Source: the human T2T-CHM13v2.0 reference genome, Homo sapiens. Taken from it: a DNA stretch of 64,000 bases. The position numbers and the translations under genes were made by a program. Of this stretch, positions 28,909-45,544 are shown one piece after another. The first letter of the stretch is position 1; each line of letters starts with the position of its first letter. The stretch is taken from contig CP068257.2 of NCBI GenBank assembly GCA_009914755.4, forward strand, positions 12,864,001 to 12,928,000, written 5' to 3'. Below the pieces are notes generated by a model. It was not told the origin of the DNA and did not search any database. It worked only from the letters and a program-made list of their open reading frames with translations.

Positions 28909-30551
28909 GATTAGTGAATTAACTTTTAAGTCTTTTGAAAAGTAGAAAAAAGTGCTGCCAGGTTGGAAAACTTTAAAAATTCTTGATGTCCAGTCACATT
29001 TTATATTAGGTAAATAAGAATATTTGGGGATGGAACCCAATCATCAGTTTTTTTTTTAAAGCTCTTTAGTGATTCAAATATTCGGCCTAGGCTCCAAAAA
29101 CCATCAACCTAGAGCATCATTTCCAAATTATAAAGTGCTCACAGAACTGCTGAGTATCTTGTTAAAATGTATGTTTTCATTTCGTAGGCCTGGGGGAGAC
29201 TGGAAAATGCACATGGCTAACAAGCTCCTGGAATGCCCGTGCTGTTGCTCTATAGGACCACAGTGAGTAGCAAGTTCTTAGATTCAAGTCAGCCTTGATG
29301 AACCTTGAGATACATTTTAACATGTTCTAGACTTCATTTTCTCCTGACTTGTCTTATTTGGTTTTATGTTTGCATTATAGTTTATCAAAAATACTTTTTA
29401 AAATGCTATAAATGCTACATAAACACAAAAATGAAGACAACCTTTTGAGATATCTGGTTTTTTGTTTTGTTTTGTTTTTGGAGCGGACGGAGGTAATAAC
29501 TAGAAGTTAAAATAAATATTTACTTATAGCCACCGTTTTTTAAAGGGGAAAAGAGTAAATCTAACATATTACCTACATTTTATATCACGTATTTTATTCC
29601 AGAAAACTCTGTTTGAAAAGGCAAACATTCAACAAAAATTGTACCCCAGATGAAGAAGTAATAGAGAGTAGGAGGAGAGAGACACAGGCTTAGAAGCAGA
29701 AAAACTGTGCCATAAATCCCAAATCTTTTAACTTGTGGAAAATTTTTGCATCTACAGGGCTTTTTTCTTCTTTGTAAATTGGAGATAAAAATAATGTCTA
29801 CCTCCTGGGGTTTTGAGAAGATTAAACATAATAATGGACATGAGCACCTTGGACAAGTACCTGGCCTCAAGTAAGCACCAGTGCATATAAATACTTATTC
29901 TCTTTCTTATACCTGGTTAGATAAGAGTTAAAAATGTATCCTAGCAGTCTTGATACAAAAAAACAGTGAAGAAAGCTCTTTAATGGTACAACTATGTGTC
30001 ATCCTTGTCTAGGAGCATAAATTTGCACAGCAGGCAGTGCAGTGAAAACAGCTCATAATCAACTCATCACCTCTCATCATTGCTAGGATCAAATGCAAAT
30101 GGGAAAGAATGCCACTTCAGTCATTGCTAGTGAAAATTAGCATCTGTGACACTAATGGTGTCTCATTTAGTATGCACTTTAGATTAAAAAGAATGGTTAA
30201 AAAAAAGGCTATTTCCAGAACTGTCATTATTCTAACGTTTCCCTCAAAAATAACAATGGTACTTGAATCTCCTTTACTCAAAGAAAAACCTGCTAAAATT
30301 TATTAACACGGATCATTAATCCCTCTCAAGTAAAGGCCAAGATGTTCTAATTACAGTCACTAACTTTAATTTGTGGGATCCATGTCTTTCTATTTTCAAA
30401 ATTTCTTCCATATTCTTTAACCTGGACCAAGTTCTACCTTTAGGTAACAATGGGATTCTTTCATAACATTGGGTATATTAGAGTTCTTAACATAAAGCTT
30501 AAAATGAGTTACAGTTGTACTGATACACAAACATTTTTACACACATATTAA

Positions 30552-32303
<1,752 letters not shown>

Positions 32304-32851
32304 TGAGTTCATGTCCTTTGTAGGGACATGGATGAAGCTGGAAACCATCATTCTGAGCAAACTATTGCAAGGACGGAAAACCAAACACCGCATGTTCTCA
32401 CTCATCAGTGGGAATTGAACAATGGGAACATCTGGACACAGGGCAGGGAACATCACACACCAGGGCCTGTTGTGGGGTTGGGGGAGGGGGGAGGGATAGC
32501 ATTAAGAGAAATACCTAATGTAAATGACGAGTTAATGGTTGCAGCTCACCAACATGGCACATGTATACATATGTAACAAACCTGCACATGTACCCTAGAA
32601 CTTAAAGTATAATAATGGAAAAATAAACAAAGAAACAAAGACAGATAAAACAAACAAAATCCTGTAAAAAAAAAAAAAGTACATAGCTTGAGTGAGTATC
32701 CATACTTGAACCAGGCTGTATGTAGTAGACCAAGGGTGTATTACCCTGTAGCCCATGATGGCTTTGAATGTGGCCTTGACGGCTTTGAATGTGGCCCCAC
32801 ACAAATTCATAAACTTTCTTAAAATATTATGAGATTTGTTTGTGATTTTTT

Positions 32852-32881
32852 GTGTTTTTGTTTGTTTGTTTGTTTGTTTTT
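32852..32881. repeat. (TTTG)n microsatellite
   Basis: 'tgtgtttttgtttgtttgtttgtttgtttt'. Confidence 0.85.
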
Positions 32882-33185
32882 AGCTCATAAATTATACTTC
32901 GTGTTAATGTATTTTATATGTGGTCCAAGAAAATTCTTCTTCTTCCAGTGTGGCCCAGGAAGGCCAAAAGATTAGACACCCCTAGAGTAGACTGAAGAAA
33001 CTTCATTCACTTTACAAATATTTATTGAGAGTCTACTACGTTGAAAGTATTATGCTAGCTGCAGAGGGAGGATATGTGGTGCTTACTTCAATATTAGGTC
33101 ATTTTTTAAAATATTTGAATATTAAGAAAGTTGTTAGCCTGGACAATCTAGCAAAACCCCCATGTCTACAAAACATATAAATACT

Positions 33186-33341
33186 AGCTGAGCATGGTGG
33201 TGCAGGACTGTGATTCCAGCGACTCGGGAGGCTGAGGCAGGAGAGTCACATAAGCTCAGGCATGCTGACGCTGCAGTGAGTGGTGATTGTGCCTGCACTC
33301 AAGCCTGGGTAACAGAATGAGACCCTGAAAAAAAAAAAAAA
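33186..33341 (+). mobile_element. Partial Alu (right-arm-like, old) with a poly-A tail
   Basis: 'ctgagcatggtggtgcaggactgtgattccagcgactcgggaggctgaggcaggagagtcacataagctcagg...gcctgcactcaagcctgggtaacagaatgagaccctg' followed by an A-run. Confidence 0.8.
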
Positions 33342-33387
33342 GGAAGGAAGGAAGGAGAAAGAAGGAACGAACGGAAAAGAAAGAAAG
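33342..33387. repeat. (GGAA)n-like purine microsatellite grown from the Alu tail
   Basis: 'aggaaggaaggaaggagaaagaaggaacgaacggaaaagaaagaaag'. Confidence 0.85.
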
Positions 33388-33995
33388 TTTTTTTACAATT
33401 GTAGGTGTTGACATGTGTGTGGACGCCTAGAGAGATTTCTTTGATGAACTTCCTGCATAGTCAGAGACAGGAATGACGATTTCTAAACTTACAGACGCTC
33501 TTACAGACATGGTTTCCCTGATCTCCATAAACTTTAGCTGGCAATTCAGGTGGAAACAGAAATAATATCTACAGTCCTGTTGCTTATAAAGGCAGTATAT
33601 TAAGAACAGAAGTATTGGAAATTAACATATTTCATGTCAGTTTCATTTTTCATCTAACTCTGTGTCTTCTTCAAGGTAATTGACCTTCCTTATGCCTTAG
33701 GCTCTACATATGAGGCTAAATAAGAGTCATTCTCTCACAGTTGTTACAAATATTAAATAAATTAGTGTACAAAAAGCTGTAAGCACAGCAACTGACATGA
33801 AAATAAACCAATGATAAATATAGAAAAATAAAATATTTTAGTTGGAAAAACAGACAAGGAAAATTGTTATGTTCTATAATTTAAGCATTTATAGAGTGTA
33901 ATGCAATAACATCTCATCAAATCTGAATATTGTATATGCTTAAAAGTTTTTAAAATCACTATCAGTAATGGACACTAGTAGTAAGAGGTAAAACA

Positions 33996-34292
33996 GCCAG
34001 TTGTGGTTGCTCATGCCTGTAATCCCAGCACTTTGGAAGGCTGAGGTGGTTTGAGATGGGAAGATCACTTGAACATAGGAGTTTGAGACCAGCCTGAGCA
34101 ACATAAGGAGACCTCATCTCTATAAAAAATTAAAAATTAGCTGGGCTGGTGGCATGGTGCCTGTGGTCCCAGCTACTCAGGAGGCTGAGATGGGAGGTAG
34201 CTTGAGTCCACCCAGGAGGTTAGGGTTAGGGTTAGGGTTATGTGATTGCACCACATCAACTCCAGCCTGGGTGACAGAGCAAGACTCTGTTT
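33996..34292 (+). mobile_element. Alu SINE (older AluS/AluJ-like) containing an internal (TTAGGG)3 block
   Basis: 'ccagttgtggttgctcatgcctgtaatcccagcactttggaaggctgaggtggtttgagatgggaagatcacttgaacataggagtttgagaccagcctgagcaacat...gtcccagctactcaggaggctgagatgggaggtagcttgagtccacccaggaggttagggttagggttagggttatgtgattgcaccacatcaactccagcctgggtgacagagcaagactctgtttcc'. Confidence 0.9.
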
Positions 34293-35394
34293 CCAAGGTA
34301 AAGGCAAAATTCAAGAATAAAGATAACAGTACCTTGCATGTATGTTAAGCAAGCCTATTTTTAACTAACCTAAGTACAGAATACTTAACTATTATTCTCC
34401 TATTTCTTTTCTAATTTGGAATTTATCTGTATACAGTAGAGAGTTCTGAGACACACATTAAAGCCCTTAGAAGTTATTAACATTCCAGTACATGCAATGG
34501 GTTTCTTTTGTAATAATTCTGCAAGAGTTTACCAGTTTCTGTTATAGAATATCTCTGGTCTCTGCCTCTCAGCCTATACTGTAAGTGTCTTACAATAAAT
34601 TTGAATGCTACTCTTAATTATGAGCTATTCAAAGGAGAGAACCTATACTAAAAATAGAGAAAGAGAGAAATAAAGGATGAAAAAGAGGGTACACTAATGA
34701 TAACACTACACATGGTAAAACTGTATTTTAACATGTATTTGGATTTACTCTTTTTAAATTCATGAACATGTTTATCGATAAGTTTTAGGAATATAAGAAA
34801 ATAATGAATTATTTTTGATATAGGACTGAAAATCTATTGCTACATATTATATAAATGAATGTTTTGAACCTTCTCATAACTGTAAGACCTATTTGAAAAT
34901 ACTAATAACAAAATCTTTCTCCATTAGCTTTCAATTGGAAAGTTTGATCATTTTTAATTGAGGTAACATTAGTTATAATATGCATTGCATTTGAATTGTC
35001 CAATAGGTCACTTGAAATAGAACCAATGACAGTTAACAAAAGCTAAATGATTAAATATTTTCTTCATTTTTTATATTGTCAGTTTTTACCCTACTATAGG
35101 ATTTACAATTTAAAAAAAAACCACAAAAACAAGAAAATTCCTTTCACAAATTCTGAGAGTATAGTATGAAGAGTTTATGTTTCTTGGTTAGGAAATTTTG
35201 TAAACTAATATCTGGTATGTAGTTAATCAGTGAAGACAGTGATTCCCTATATTTCAGACCAATTTCTTGATGGTTCTGTTTCTAAACATAGACCCTTTCT
35301 AGACACAATTTCTCTTCAGTAAATGAAAGGATTTGCACTCCTTTTTCTATGAGCCTTTTATTTGTAGGGATTATCACAGCATCCACCTCTGCCA

Positions 35395-35692
35395 ATTTTT
35401 TTTCTTTTTGAGAAAGGGTCTTGCTCTGTTGCCCAGGCTGGAGTGCAGTGGCACGAACACGGCCCACTGTAGCCTTCAATCTCCTGGTCTCAAGCAATCT
35501 TCCTGCCTCAGCCTCCTGAATAGCTGGTACTACATGCACGTGCCACCATGCCCAGGTAATTTTTGAATTTTTTGTAGAGATGGGGTTTTGCCACATTGCC
35601 CAGACTGGGCTAGAACTCCTGAACTCAAGTGATTTACGCACCTCGGCCCTGCAAAGTGCTGGAACTACAGGTGTGAGCCCATGCACCTGGAC
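35395..35692 (-). mobile_element. Alu SINE (AluJ-like, minus orientation)
   Basis: 'ttttttctttttgagaaagggtcttgctctgttgcccaggctggagtgcagtggcacgaacacggcccactgtagcc...ctgcaaagtgctggaactacaggtgtgagcccatgcacctgg'. Confidence 0.9.
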
Positions 35693-37988
35693 AGATACTG
35701 CTCTTTATTCATATAATATGCAAAGAAAATTACCCACCAAAATAAATGTGAATTATGAGGAAAGGAGTTATTTTAAGACATAATTACAAATGGAAAAATA
35801 TCACTTCCATGTTAAAAGGAAACAATCCAACTGAATGTATGAAAAACATGCCTGTGCCTCTATATTCACATCTCTTTAAATTCATGCAGAATGAAACCAT
35901 CTGTCTAATGAAAATAAGAATTCATTCACAACAAAACTTAGCATTTCCAATGTGACCATTTTCTGTGATATGTTTTGTTCAAAGATGTATATTTTTTCAA
36001 AATTTTTTTTATTTTATGAATAAGGAAGTCAAGATTAACAATATTCCAAGTGTATTATAATAGTTACTGCTCTTAAGCCAAATGATGATGATGGAGTAAA
36101 GTATCATTTTGACAATAGTTTAATGTTGTAAATATGACTCTAACTCACTATAAAATACAGGCTTTATTAAATACTCTCTCTTTAGATTTTAAATACTTTG
36201 AGGTATATCATTCTCCATATTAACTTTTATGATCTTCCCTAAACCTACTATTGTTAACTATTTGTTGTACTTAATCAAGTAAATATCATATAAAATTAAT
36301 CTTAAATGGAAGCACAAGCCATGCTTTTAAAAACTTTTCTGTATTATTTGGAAAATGTTACTTTGAGTTTTTCTTATATTAGGGAAAAAGAAATCATGAT
36401 ACGTTATCTAGCTACATTTTAAACTAAAGATGCTTGTCTATCCATTATTATGCATATGTGTCAGAAAGAATTAATATTCAAAATCATTTATTCTCAGTTT
36501 CCAAAGATAAGAAATCATTTATTTTTGTTTCCTTCAGAAAAACTTGGATGGTAACTTCCAAAGAGTTTCAAAATATTGACCATTGTTCAATGTCTCATCA
36601 ATTCAAAAGGTCATAACAAATGAAATAAACCAATCTCTTTCTCTGAAAATGGGTGCCTAACATATAAAGACTGATAGACAATAAATCAATCCTTAAAAAA
36701 AATCTGGACTCAGCTATTGTTTATCTCAGAAAGAGACTAAAAATTGTATTTACCTGAGAAAAGAAATGTACAAGTATTGGAGAAATTTTCTGACATTGGT
36801 ACTTTGTAAATAGTTGTTTTACGTTATTAATAAATCTAGAGTTCTACAATAGAATTTGAACTTTATCCCATGTTATACTTTTTTTTTAAAAGTAGCACTT
36901 ATTGCCAAGACAAAGAACAGAGTAACATTCCACATATTACCAATTTGTCAAGTCTACCAGTATATGGTGTTTTGATGCTTCTCAAAACACAGCCCGATTT
37001 TTTGTGTAGTAATAACATTAGTTCGAGAGAATAGCAAATATACATCTTTACAACGAGCTATCATGATTTAACATTCAAAAATGAGAAAAGTCTTATATTT
37101 AACCATAACATTTCCATTTTACAACCTTCTTATAACTCTATTTTGAAGAGCTAATTACTTAAGAGATAAAATTCATTCAGTAGACTGTTCAATAGACGTT
37201 GACAATCTCATAGTCATTAAAAACATGCAAGAAGATTTTATAATAACAAACACTCAGAGACCACTAAATTGATTTTCTTGAAGTTGAACTGAACTCAAAC
37301 TTCACTTACAGATGTAAATGTTCCAATATGCACCATAAGACAAAATTACAGAGACAATAATTGCTAGGTGTGATTTAAAATCTAACTTTGCAATTTAATT
37401 TTTCCGTATTTGCCATGAGGCATTAAACCCTATGTTTGACTTATGACTGACAGATGAGAACATTGTATGTGTTCAAACACACATATGTGTTTATTTTCTA
37501 TTAAATAGTTTGATTTTATTTAACTATGTATGAAATCACCTTACCTTTGGTTTTTGATGTTTCTCCTTCTCTGAAACATTGGATGGCTTTCTCTTGAGCA
37601 TTTTGAATTCTGACTACTCCTAGTGAGTGCACTTTCTGCTGTTACAGAAACAACTGAAAACAGTCAGCAGTGTGCTGTCTAATGCACAGCATCAGATAAG
37701 GTTGAGCCCAGGGACCTGCCACTTCCTCCTTCGGTCAGGATATGACTTCAACATTTACATGGGTAATTTTTTTTTCTTACAGTAATTCTTTGGTAACTCT
37801 TTATTGTCTTGCTATTTTCTATGAGGTATGTTCCAAATCTCATATTTAGACATGCCTGCAGTTATGAGAGCCATAAGGATTTCAAAACAAAACTCATTTT
37901 CTTGGTTTATATAAAAGTAAAAATTTACAATGCATTCCATGGGTAGAAAAAAGAAAAAATCAGAGCCAATAACTGAAATAAAACTTGA

Positions 37989-38332
<344 letters not shown>

Positions 38333-41300
38333 ATATTTCTAAATAAACACAGTTAGAAGATAAAATAAATAAACAATGTTAGAAGATAAAATAAGTTAGA
38401 ACTTAAACAATACTAATCCTACTTAAAGCATGTATGCATATATTTTAAAATATGGATTAGACCCATTCTAAATATAAATGGGAACATGACTAAAAGTAAA
38501 TGTTTATCATATGTTACTTTTCTAATGTATTAAGATGTTGTAAAGTTCTGGTTAACAAAGAGATCAATTAAACAGAACCCCCAATTAACCATATGTCTTT
38601 GTGCTACAAACGATGCCATATACTGATAATTGCTGCCCTGGTGATGAGCCAATGGATCAACGGTTTCTTCAAATAAAACACCCAGAACCTCTATTTAATA
38701 GTCCTGGTAGAGCTAATATGACTTATTAAGAGTTTCCCCATGGTTTAAAAATGTTTATGATAATGAAAAAAGCAAAATACCCAGAAGTAAAAGCAAAAAG
38801 TTCAAGCTTTATTGTTAAATGGGGATTTACCAAAGGGAGATTTGCAAAATATATGAAACTCTGGTTCCATTTGAGCAACCCAGATTAAGAAAATAAACCT
38901 AGATTTCTGTTTATAAATCCTCTGAATTGAAAAGTGTAGTGCCATATTCTTAATCAGCAGCTTTTCCACGTGACAAATCTACTGACTCTATTTCTCAAAC
39001 TTCCCTCACACTTCTAAGCTCCACCCCAAGGCCCAAATTTTACTAATTCATTTAACAAATGAGATTCAAATTTCACTAATTTATTTAATAAATATTAAAT
39101 TGATTGTCTATTATGTGCAATTTGACAATATTTCAAACCTCTTGACTAGCTAAAAACAACCTGTTTTTGTTCTATAACAGAATTGAAAGAATATACTTTT
39201 CAAGATTATGGTTAATATGCCTATTATTTTATTACCAGATAATAAAAGCAGACTTTGATTTTTGAGAATTATTGAGTTAGTGTTTTCAAAATACTGACAC
39301 AGACAGAGAACACTGGAAAACCTGAGAATGTTGAGGTGGGGTAATTCCCCAGAAATACATCTTTTAGACTTTCAGTTTGGGCTTGGGTTAAGAAAGTTGG
39401 CTAGGCAGATCTTTTGCTTCATCTCTTAAGAAATTGAAAGTCATAAAAATACGTTTTTAAGTGAACCATTTGCACCCTCGACGCCCTCTTTTCTTCATCT
39501 ATGAATAAAAATTTAATTATGGAGTTCAATCAGTAATAAAATGGCAATGATAATGCTTGCACTTAGTACATGGTAGAGTTTTGTTGATAGTAAAATGAAA
39601 TACCAATAAAGGACATACTTATTAGATGATTCATCATTTCAGTAATGTTTTATGTCAAAAAATGTTTGTGAACTCTAAAAAGGCATGAAGTTTCAGTTTG
39701 AGGTGGTGCTTGCTATAGGTTACATTTCTCCAATGTTTCTATAATACAGTGCTAAAGAATAGAGAACACTCACATTTATGAGACCCATATCTGGACTAGA
39801 TGCAGTTTTTAAAAGCGTTATACTGAAGCAAACAAAAAATATATATCCATTTATGGATCTCTAGGCACTTCACCATCTTTAACATTACAAGAAATGTTTA
39901 AAATGTAAACAAAATAAATATTTTCCTTCAAGTACGGGTGGAAAAGGAATTTTCCAATCTTTCTTTCACTCAAGAAAAATGTTTTCTGGGGCTTAAAAGA
40001 CAGATGTGACATTTGAGGTCCCATTCATTATCTAACTATGTTAAACTTCTTGATCCCCAAAAAGATCAAGTGACAAGGTTACAAATGTTTTTATCAATTA
40101 TCTACTATTTTATGGTATTTGGAGGACACCGAGATATTTAGTGAGTGACACAGAGTGACCCAGCAAGCTCAAAAGTCACAGATGGACAGAACAAGAATGA
40201 AGCAGAGAGTCAGTACAGAGCACACCTCACTACTGACCATGATTAAACCACTAGCAACCCTGTTGCTTAACATGTATTCTGAAATAGGGAAATTGCAAAA
40301 GCACAGTCTTGGTGCTTTACAATACCTTAATGGTCTTACATCCCAGACAGAATGGAACTTTGTGTACTATCTCTGTGTCATGAATCATGAGTAAAAATTT
40401 TGAAGAAATTGCAGTCAAATGACAAAGATTGAGGTGTATTTTTCGGGAAAGTAAGGTGAGCCATAAAAGGATTGCTTCAGCAATCCAACAAATATTTATT
40501 TAGTGTATTGCTAAAACACAAATCATAAAATTCGAAGCATAGATAGAAGGAAATTAGAGATCATGGGACATTCAAAGTGATGTCCTCGATTCTGAGACAT
40601 TGAGGATCTCCATCTACATCTCTCTGCCTTCTGCCATCAGGTTGAAGGATACAATTAGATAGTAGTTTGGATTAATCCTACTCTACATTTTATTTTAGGA
40701 CATGTACACTGGTTCAATGGATGAAGGGTTTTAAAATCAAATCTTTTAGAATGAAAGTAGATTCTCTGCATTGCTCTAATAGTTAAAACTTCTCTAACAT
40801 GAAGAGTTGGTTGGGCACAATCTTATGCATGCCTCTGTGTATTGCTGGGTCAACCATGACCAAGGGATATTTTATTAACTCTAACCAAAAATACTCCTGA
40901 CTATACCTCAAGTGTTTTGTTACAGGAGGAAAACAGAGAGACCAATTTCAAGAATTTGAAAATAAGCAAAATAAGGTTGTCATCACAGAACCCAACTCTG
41001 AAATTAAGATTTAATGTAAGAATAATCATTTTATAGAAAAAAGAACTGTATTCCATTCAAACCTGCAGAATTTACTCATCTATGATTAAGAAAAGGAGTC
41101 AATCATAAAAGTAACTTAACCTTGATAATTCCTCTCTTCTTTTTGGCCCCCTCAGAGTAGACTTCTTTCTATAGTACAGGGAAGAGAATTTTATTCAAAG
41201 AAGTTGAGTGGGGATATTGTGTTCCTACCTGTTTGGGGTTTCACGGAAGTGGAGATCCTACAATATCAAAAAAAAAAACTCTTTCTTTCTCAGTGTTTCC

Positions 41301-43039
41301 TGAAATAAGTACACATTGCCATCTGATGACGTTCTCTGCAATTCTGTATTTAATAATTCAGATGTTGGTGCCAAGCTATATAGAGGGGCCTTGGTGTTGT
41401 ACCCTCCTCTAGTTATCTAGCTTATTCTTACCATAGGTGGATTAAACATCTCAACACCTCCTTGTTTGGATTTGGGAGTTTAAGAGAAATGACGGGATGG
41501 ATATTCCCCCTGGCCTATGGGAGGAGTTAAGGAAGTGGGGGGACCGTTTCTTCCTTGTGAATCTCCTATATTTCCTAACTCTCTAAAGTCACTTACCCAT
41601 TCTATGTCTGGAGTTCCTGTTTACTAATTCCTTTCTCTAAGGGACCCAGCCCTACCCAGCTCTTGAAATCCCTTCTAATGTGTTACTAATTGAAAAGCTG
41701 TGCAGTGACTTTTCTGCTTCTCCTGGTGACCTGCTCCAGGAAGTGACAAGCTCATGTTTTGGGGAGATTAGGGGAAGATAAAATTCTGATTCTATTAACA
41801 GGAAGTGGCAAGAAGATGGGAGCTACTGAGGTTTGCCATTTCCAACAAGACGTGAAATCAAGCATATCTATCACCAGGATTAATTTCTTCTAAAAACGGA
41901 CCTGAAGTCTACATGATAAATTAATATTCCACCTGTTGACTTCTCCTTATAAGACCCTGCCTGAGTTTCATTGCCTGAGTTCCCATACATTCAACTAACA
42001 AGGATGAGGTGATGCCCAAACAACTTCTAAATAATTAGGAAGGTTAGGGAGAATCTGAATTCATTTTACCTCAAATAGAAAAAAGACAGTAACACAGACA
42101 AATACTGGAAGGTTCCTTTCAAGTTGCTGAGTTAAAGGAAAAGAGAGCTTAGTGAGCTTTGAGTATCTTAATTCTCCAGACAAGATAATCTATTGCATGG
42201 AGATGAACATATCATGCAAATTTTAGCTGGATTTCAGTAAACAAAATATGTGTTTAACTATTTTCCTTTGTTTTTATTTTAAGCTCTATGCATAAATGAT
42301 GATTTGGCTCCTTGGGTAGATATGTCTATAGGAGACAAAGGCAGCATTCATATGGACATCAAGTACCTGGAATCTGAGATTGCTATTTCTCATTACAAAT
42401 TTAAATACTGCCAAAGTGGTTAACTAGAATGTATTGACAGAAAAGGATCTACCCTTGATGTGCTCAAAATACTATGTTTCTGAGTGGTTAGAGTTGCTAG
42501 TCATACTCTGGATATCTTGGGAAGCCTCTTAGAGAGCCTGGCCTGGCAAAATTACTGCTTATTTTAAATTTCCAAAGAGATAATGTAACACATTATCTTG
42601 TTATCTCAGTTATAGAAGAAACAGATCATTGGGATAAATAGAAGGGACCAATGGCCTAAGATGAATGGTGAACCTAAAGAATCATACAGGATAAAACTGC
42701 CTTGAAGAGACAAAGAACTTCATAAATTACAGCTATGCCTTACAAGATGTTTGAATGTAAGAGAAGACTGGGTACCAAGAATGAGTAGTATCAGTTCAAA
42801 GTGACTGGAAAAATTAGGGAGGCTGATAAAGTTTAAGATTCAAAATAAATGCAAATTACTCAGATTACTTCAATAAATTATAAGTATTTCCTTTCTAAGT
42901 GGTTTTAAAGTCATATAAGGGCCATATTGTGGTTGGCATAACAAATAATGATAAAATTTAATCCATTTATGATTAAAAGTTGTAATTTTCATGAAGTAAT
43001 ATTATTCTACAAGTTAATAATATTAATAATAATGACTGT

Positions 43040-43262
43040 CATCTTGAGTGTTTATTACATAACAGAAATTATGCTGTGTGCTTTATAAATATTTTCAATA
43101 TAATCTTCACAAAAATCTTCATGAGCTGGTACTAATATTATCATTCTCAGCTTCCTGGTGGGGTTTGGTAACGTGTCTAGTTTGCACAGCTAGGAAGTGG
43201 TGGAGTCAGGATTCAATCCAAAGCCTCAGCTCATAACCATCACTCTATGTCATAAGTAGGTC
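43040..43262 (-). mobile_element. MIR SINE (minus orientation)
   Basis: '...cacagctaggaagtggtggagtcaggattcaatccaaagcctcagctcataaccatcactctatgtcat' matches the reverse-complemented MIR 5' part 'cacacagctagtaagtggcagagccaggattcgaacccaggcagtct.gctccagagcccgtgctcttaaccactatgctatactg'. Confidence 0.65.
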
Positions 43263-43680
43263 TTGGCATACCTAAATACCTGGCATAAAATGGGAATGAT
43301 TAATTTGACTGTTCGGGTCAGGAATGCTAAGGGCTAGGGGGAGGGTAATGTTGAGTTGCTGGCTTCTGGTTGAAAAGAGAGTTGGTTCAATCATTACATG
43401 TGTAAAAAAATTTGAAACCAGTAAATCTGCAACCAATCCAGAACTCTTTTCTATAATTAAGATTCAGTATCATGGGGACAAATCTGCATTTCAGGCCCCT
43501 CTCCAACCCAAGCTACCTTGTTGAGACACTTATTGGCCCTCAATTCTACCCTTGATAATAATCATTGTCTCTAATTTTATGCTTACAAAAATGGGTGTAG
43601 GTAATCAGAGTAGAAGCACAAATGAGACTTATGCACACTTTATGAAATTCCTTTCTATGAAGTTCCTTGGTCTGAATGTT

Positions 43681-44032
43681 TGTGTGGTCCCAAAATTCAT
43701 ATGTTGGAATTCTCACCCGCAAGGTGGAAGGTAATAGTAGGTAGGGCTTTTGGGAGAATTAGGTCATGGGGACAGAGCCTTTATGGATTGCATTAGTGCC
43801 CTTATAAAAGAGGCTAGAGAGACATCCCTTCACTCCCACTTTTCCACCATGTGAAGACATAGCAAGAAGGTGCCATCTATGACCCAGGAAACAGGCCCTC
43901 ACCAGAAGAGAAATCTGCTGGTGTCTTCATCATGGACTTCCCAGCCTCTAAACTGTGAGAAATGAATTTCTGTTGTTTGGAAGCTACCCCAAGTTTATGG
44001 TATTTTATTATAGCAGCCCAAATGGACTAAGT
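43681..44032 (+). mobile_element. MaLR solo LTR (MST-like)
   Basis: 'tgtgtggtcccaaaattcatatgttggaattctcacccgcaaggtggaaggtaatagtaggtagggcttttgggagaattaggtcatggggacagagcc...attagtgcccttataaaagaggc...ccaccatgtgaagacatagcaagaaggtgccatctatgacccagga...cttcccagcctctaaactgtgagaaatgaatttctgttgtttggaagctaccccaagtttatggtattttattatagcagcccaaatggactaagtcac'. Confidence 0.75.
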
Positions 44033-45544
44033 CACCTGTTTTTGATAAGGCATCTGTCCGTAAAGTTACTACCATAAGCACATTCCATTTGCTCGAGTTG
44101 GAGGTTTAGCTCTCCAATTTCTATTTCTAAAGAGCGTTTATTATTCCCTCAATCTTTTGCTCTTAATTTTGTGTTTTTGCTTGCCTCAATATCAAATCCA
44201 AATTGTGATTATCATCTTCACATTTCTACAATATTGTTCTTTTCTATATTTCTAAATGTCATTTAAAGTTTTGCAAATATAAAAATGCTTACACTAAAAA
44301 AGTTAGAAAACACAAGCACCCTCTCCCATCCTTCTCTATTCCTAGACTTCCTATTTCAACTCTTTTTCTGATCCTTCCAATATTTAAAAAAAAAATGTTT
44401 CTAGTTGGTTAGATTTATTTTTCTAGATAATATATTTTCTTGATTTATGCATTAGGCATTATCTATTTATTCCTTTTTTTATCCTTGAGGATTTTGTACT
44501 CTTCTTACTTCCCAACTACCTTATAATTATTTTGTTAAATCATTAGTCACTATTAACATTATCATGGTATAAATAATATTATTCATGGCTGAGTTAAATA
44601 TTGTTTAATGCTTTATGTTCCTCTTTTGCCCATTTTTGGAATTAATAACTGTCTTTCTTTTTATATGATTGGTTCTCTATATATTGTTAATATTTCACCA
44701 ATAAATACTCTGACAATTATTTCAAGTGATTTGTTTCAAATATTTAATTTCAAACATCATACTTGTCATTGCAAATGCTCAAACACTTTAGATGTTTTTT
44801 CTGTTCTAATGTGTTCTAATGTGGTTTAGTTGTTCTCCGTTGAGGATAGAATGGAATTTCTCCTTAATCACTTCCAATTATCTCTGGTCTAAGTCTCACA
44901 TCATGTTTCTTTTTGTCTGTTCTCTCATTTGCAGAAACATATCTCCTTAACAGAAAAAGGGCACTTACATCCTTTTAGATCCTTCACATTTGAATGCTAT
45001 ATTGACTTGAAATCGAATTCTAGCCTGGAAATCATTTTTTTCTCAATATTTAGAAGGCTTCTCCAATTGTCTTCTAGCTTTCAGAGTGTTGAGAAGTCTG
45101 CAGAAGCCATTGTGATTCCTGTTTTGTTGTGTATGGCCTGTTTTTTCTTTCTTTTTCTCTGCCTCTTTCCTCTGGATTTTCTTCGAATCTTTGGTATATC
45201 CTAAAATGTCATATTATGTGTGTTGATATGGGTTATTTAAAAACTTCTCTTTAGGCCTATGTTCCCTTGATAAGTTCTTCATCTCTCTTTGTTCTCTCCA
45301 TCTGGAAACGGATTAGTCCAATGTTGAACATACTGGATTGATACTCTCATTTTATTATATTGCTCTCTGATTTCATTTATTTGACCTTTTGTTTTCCAGG
45401 AAAATTCCGTTACTTTTTCTACTAATTACTATAATAAATACAATAAATATTTTACTTTAGCTAGATTTTTAATTTGCAGAAATGCTTTCTGATTGTTCAC
45501 TTTTCATAACATTCTGTTCTTAAGTTTTGGAAAGGCAGTGACAT

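Noticed and set aside
41150-41900. Moderately GC-rich, unique-looking block with several small ORFs
   Set aside because: I looked for exon-like features here (an ORF flanked by AG/GT splice sites, or CpG enrichment) and found nothing convincing. I left it unannotated rather than guess.
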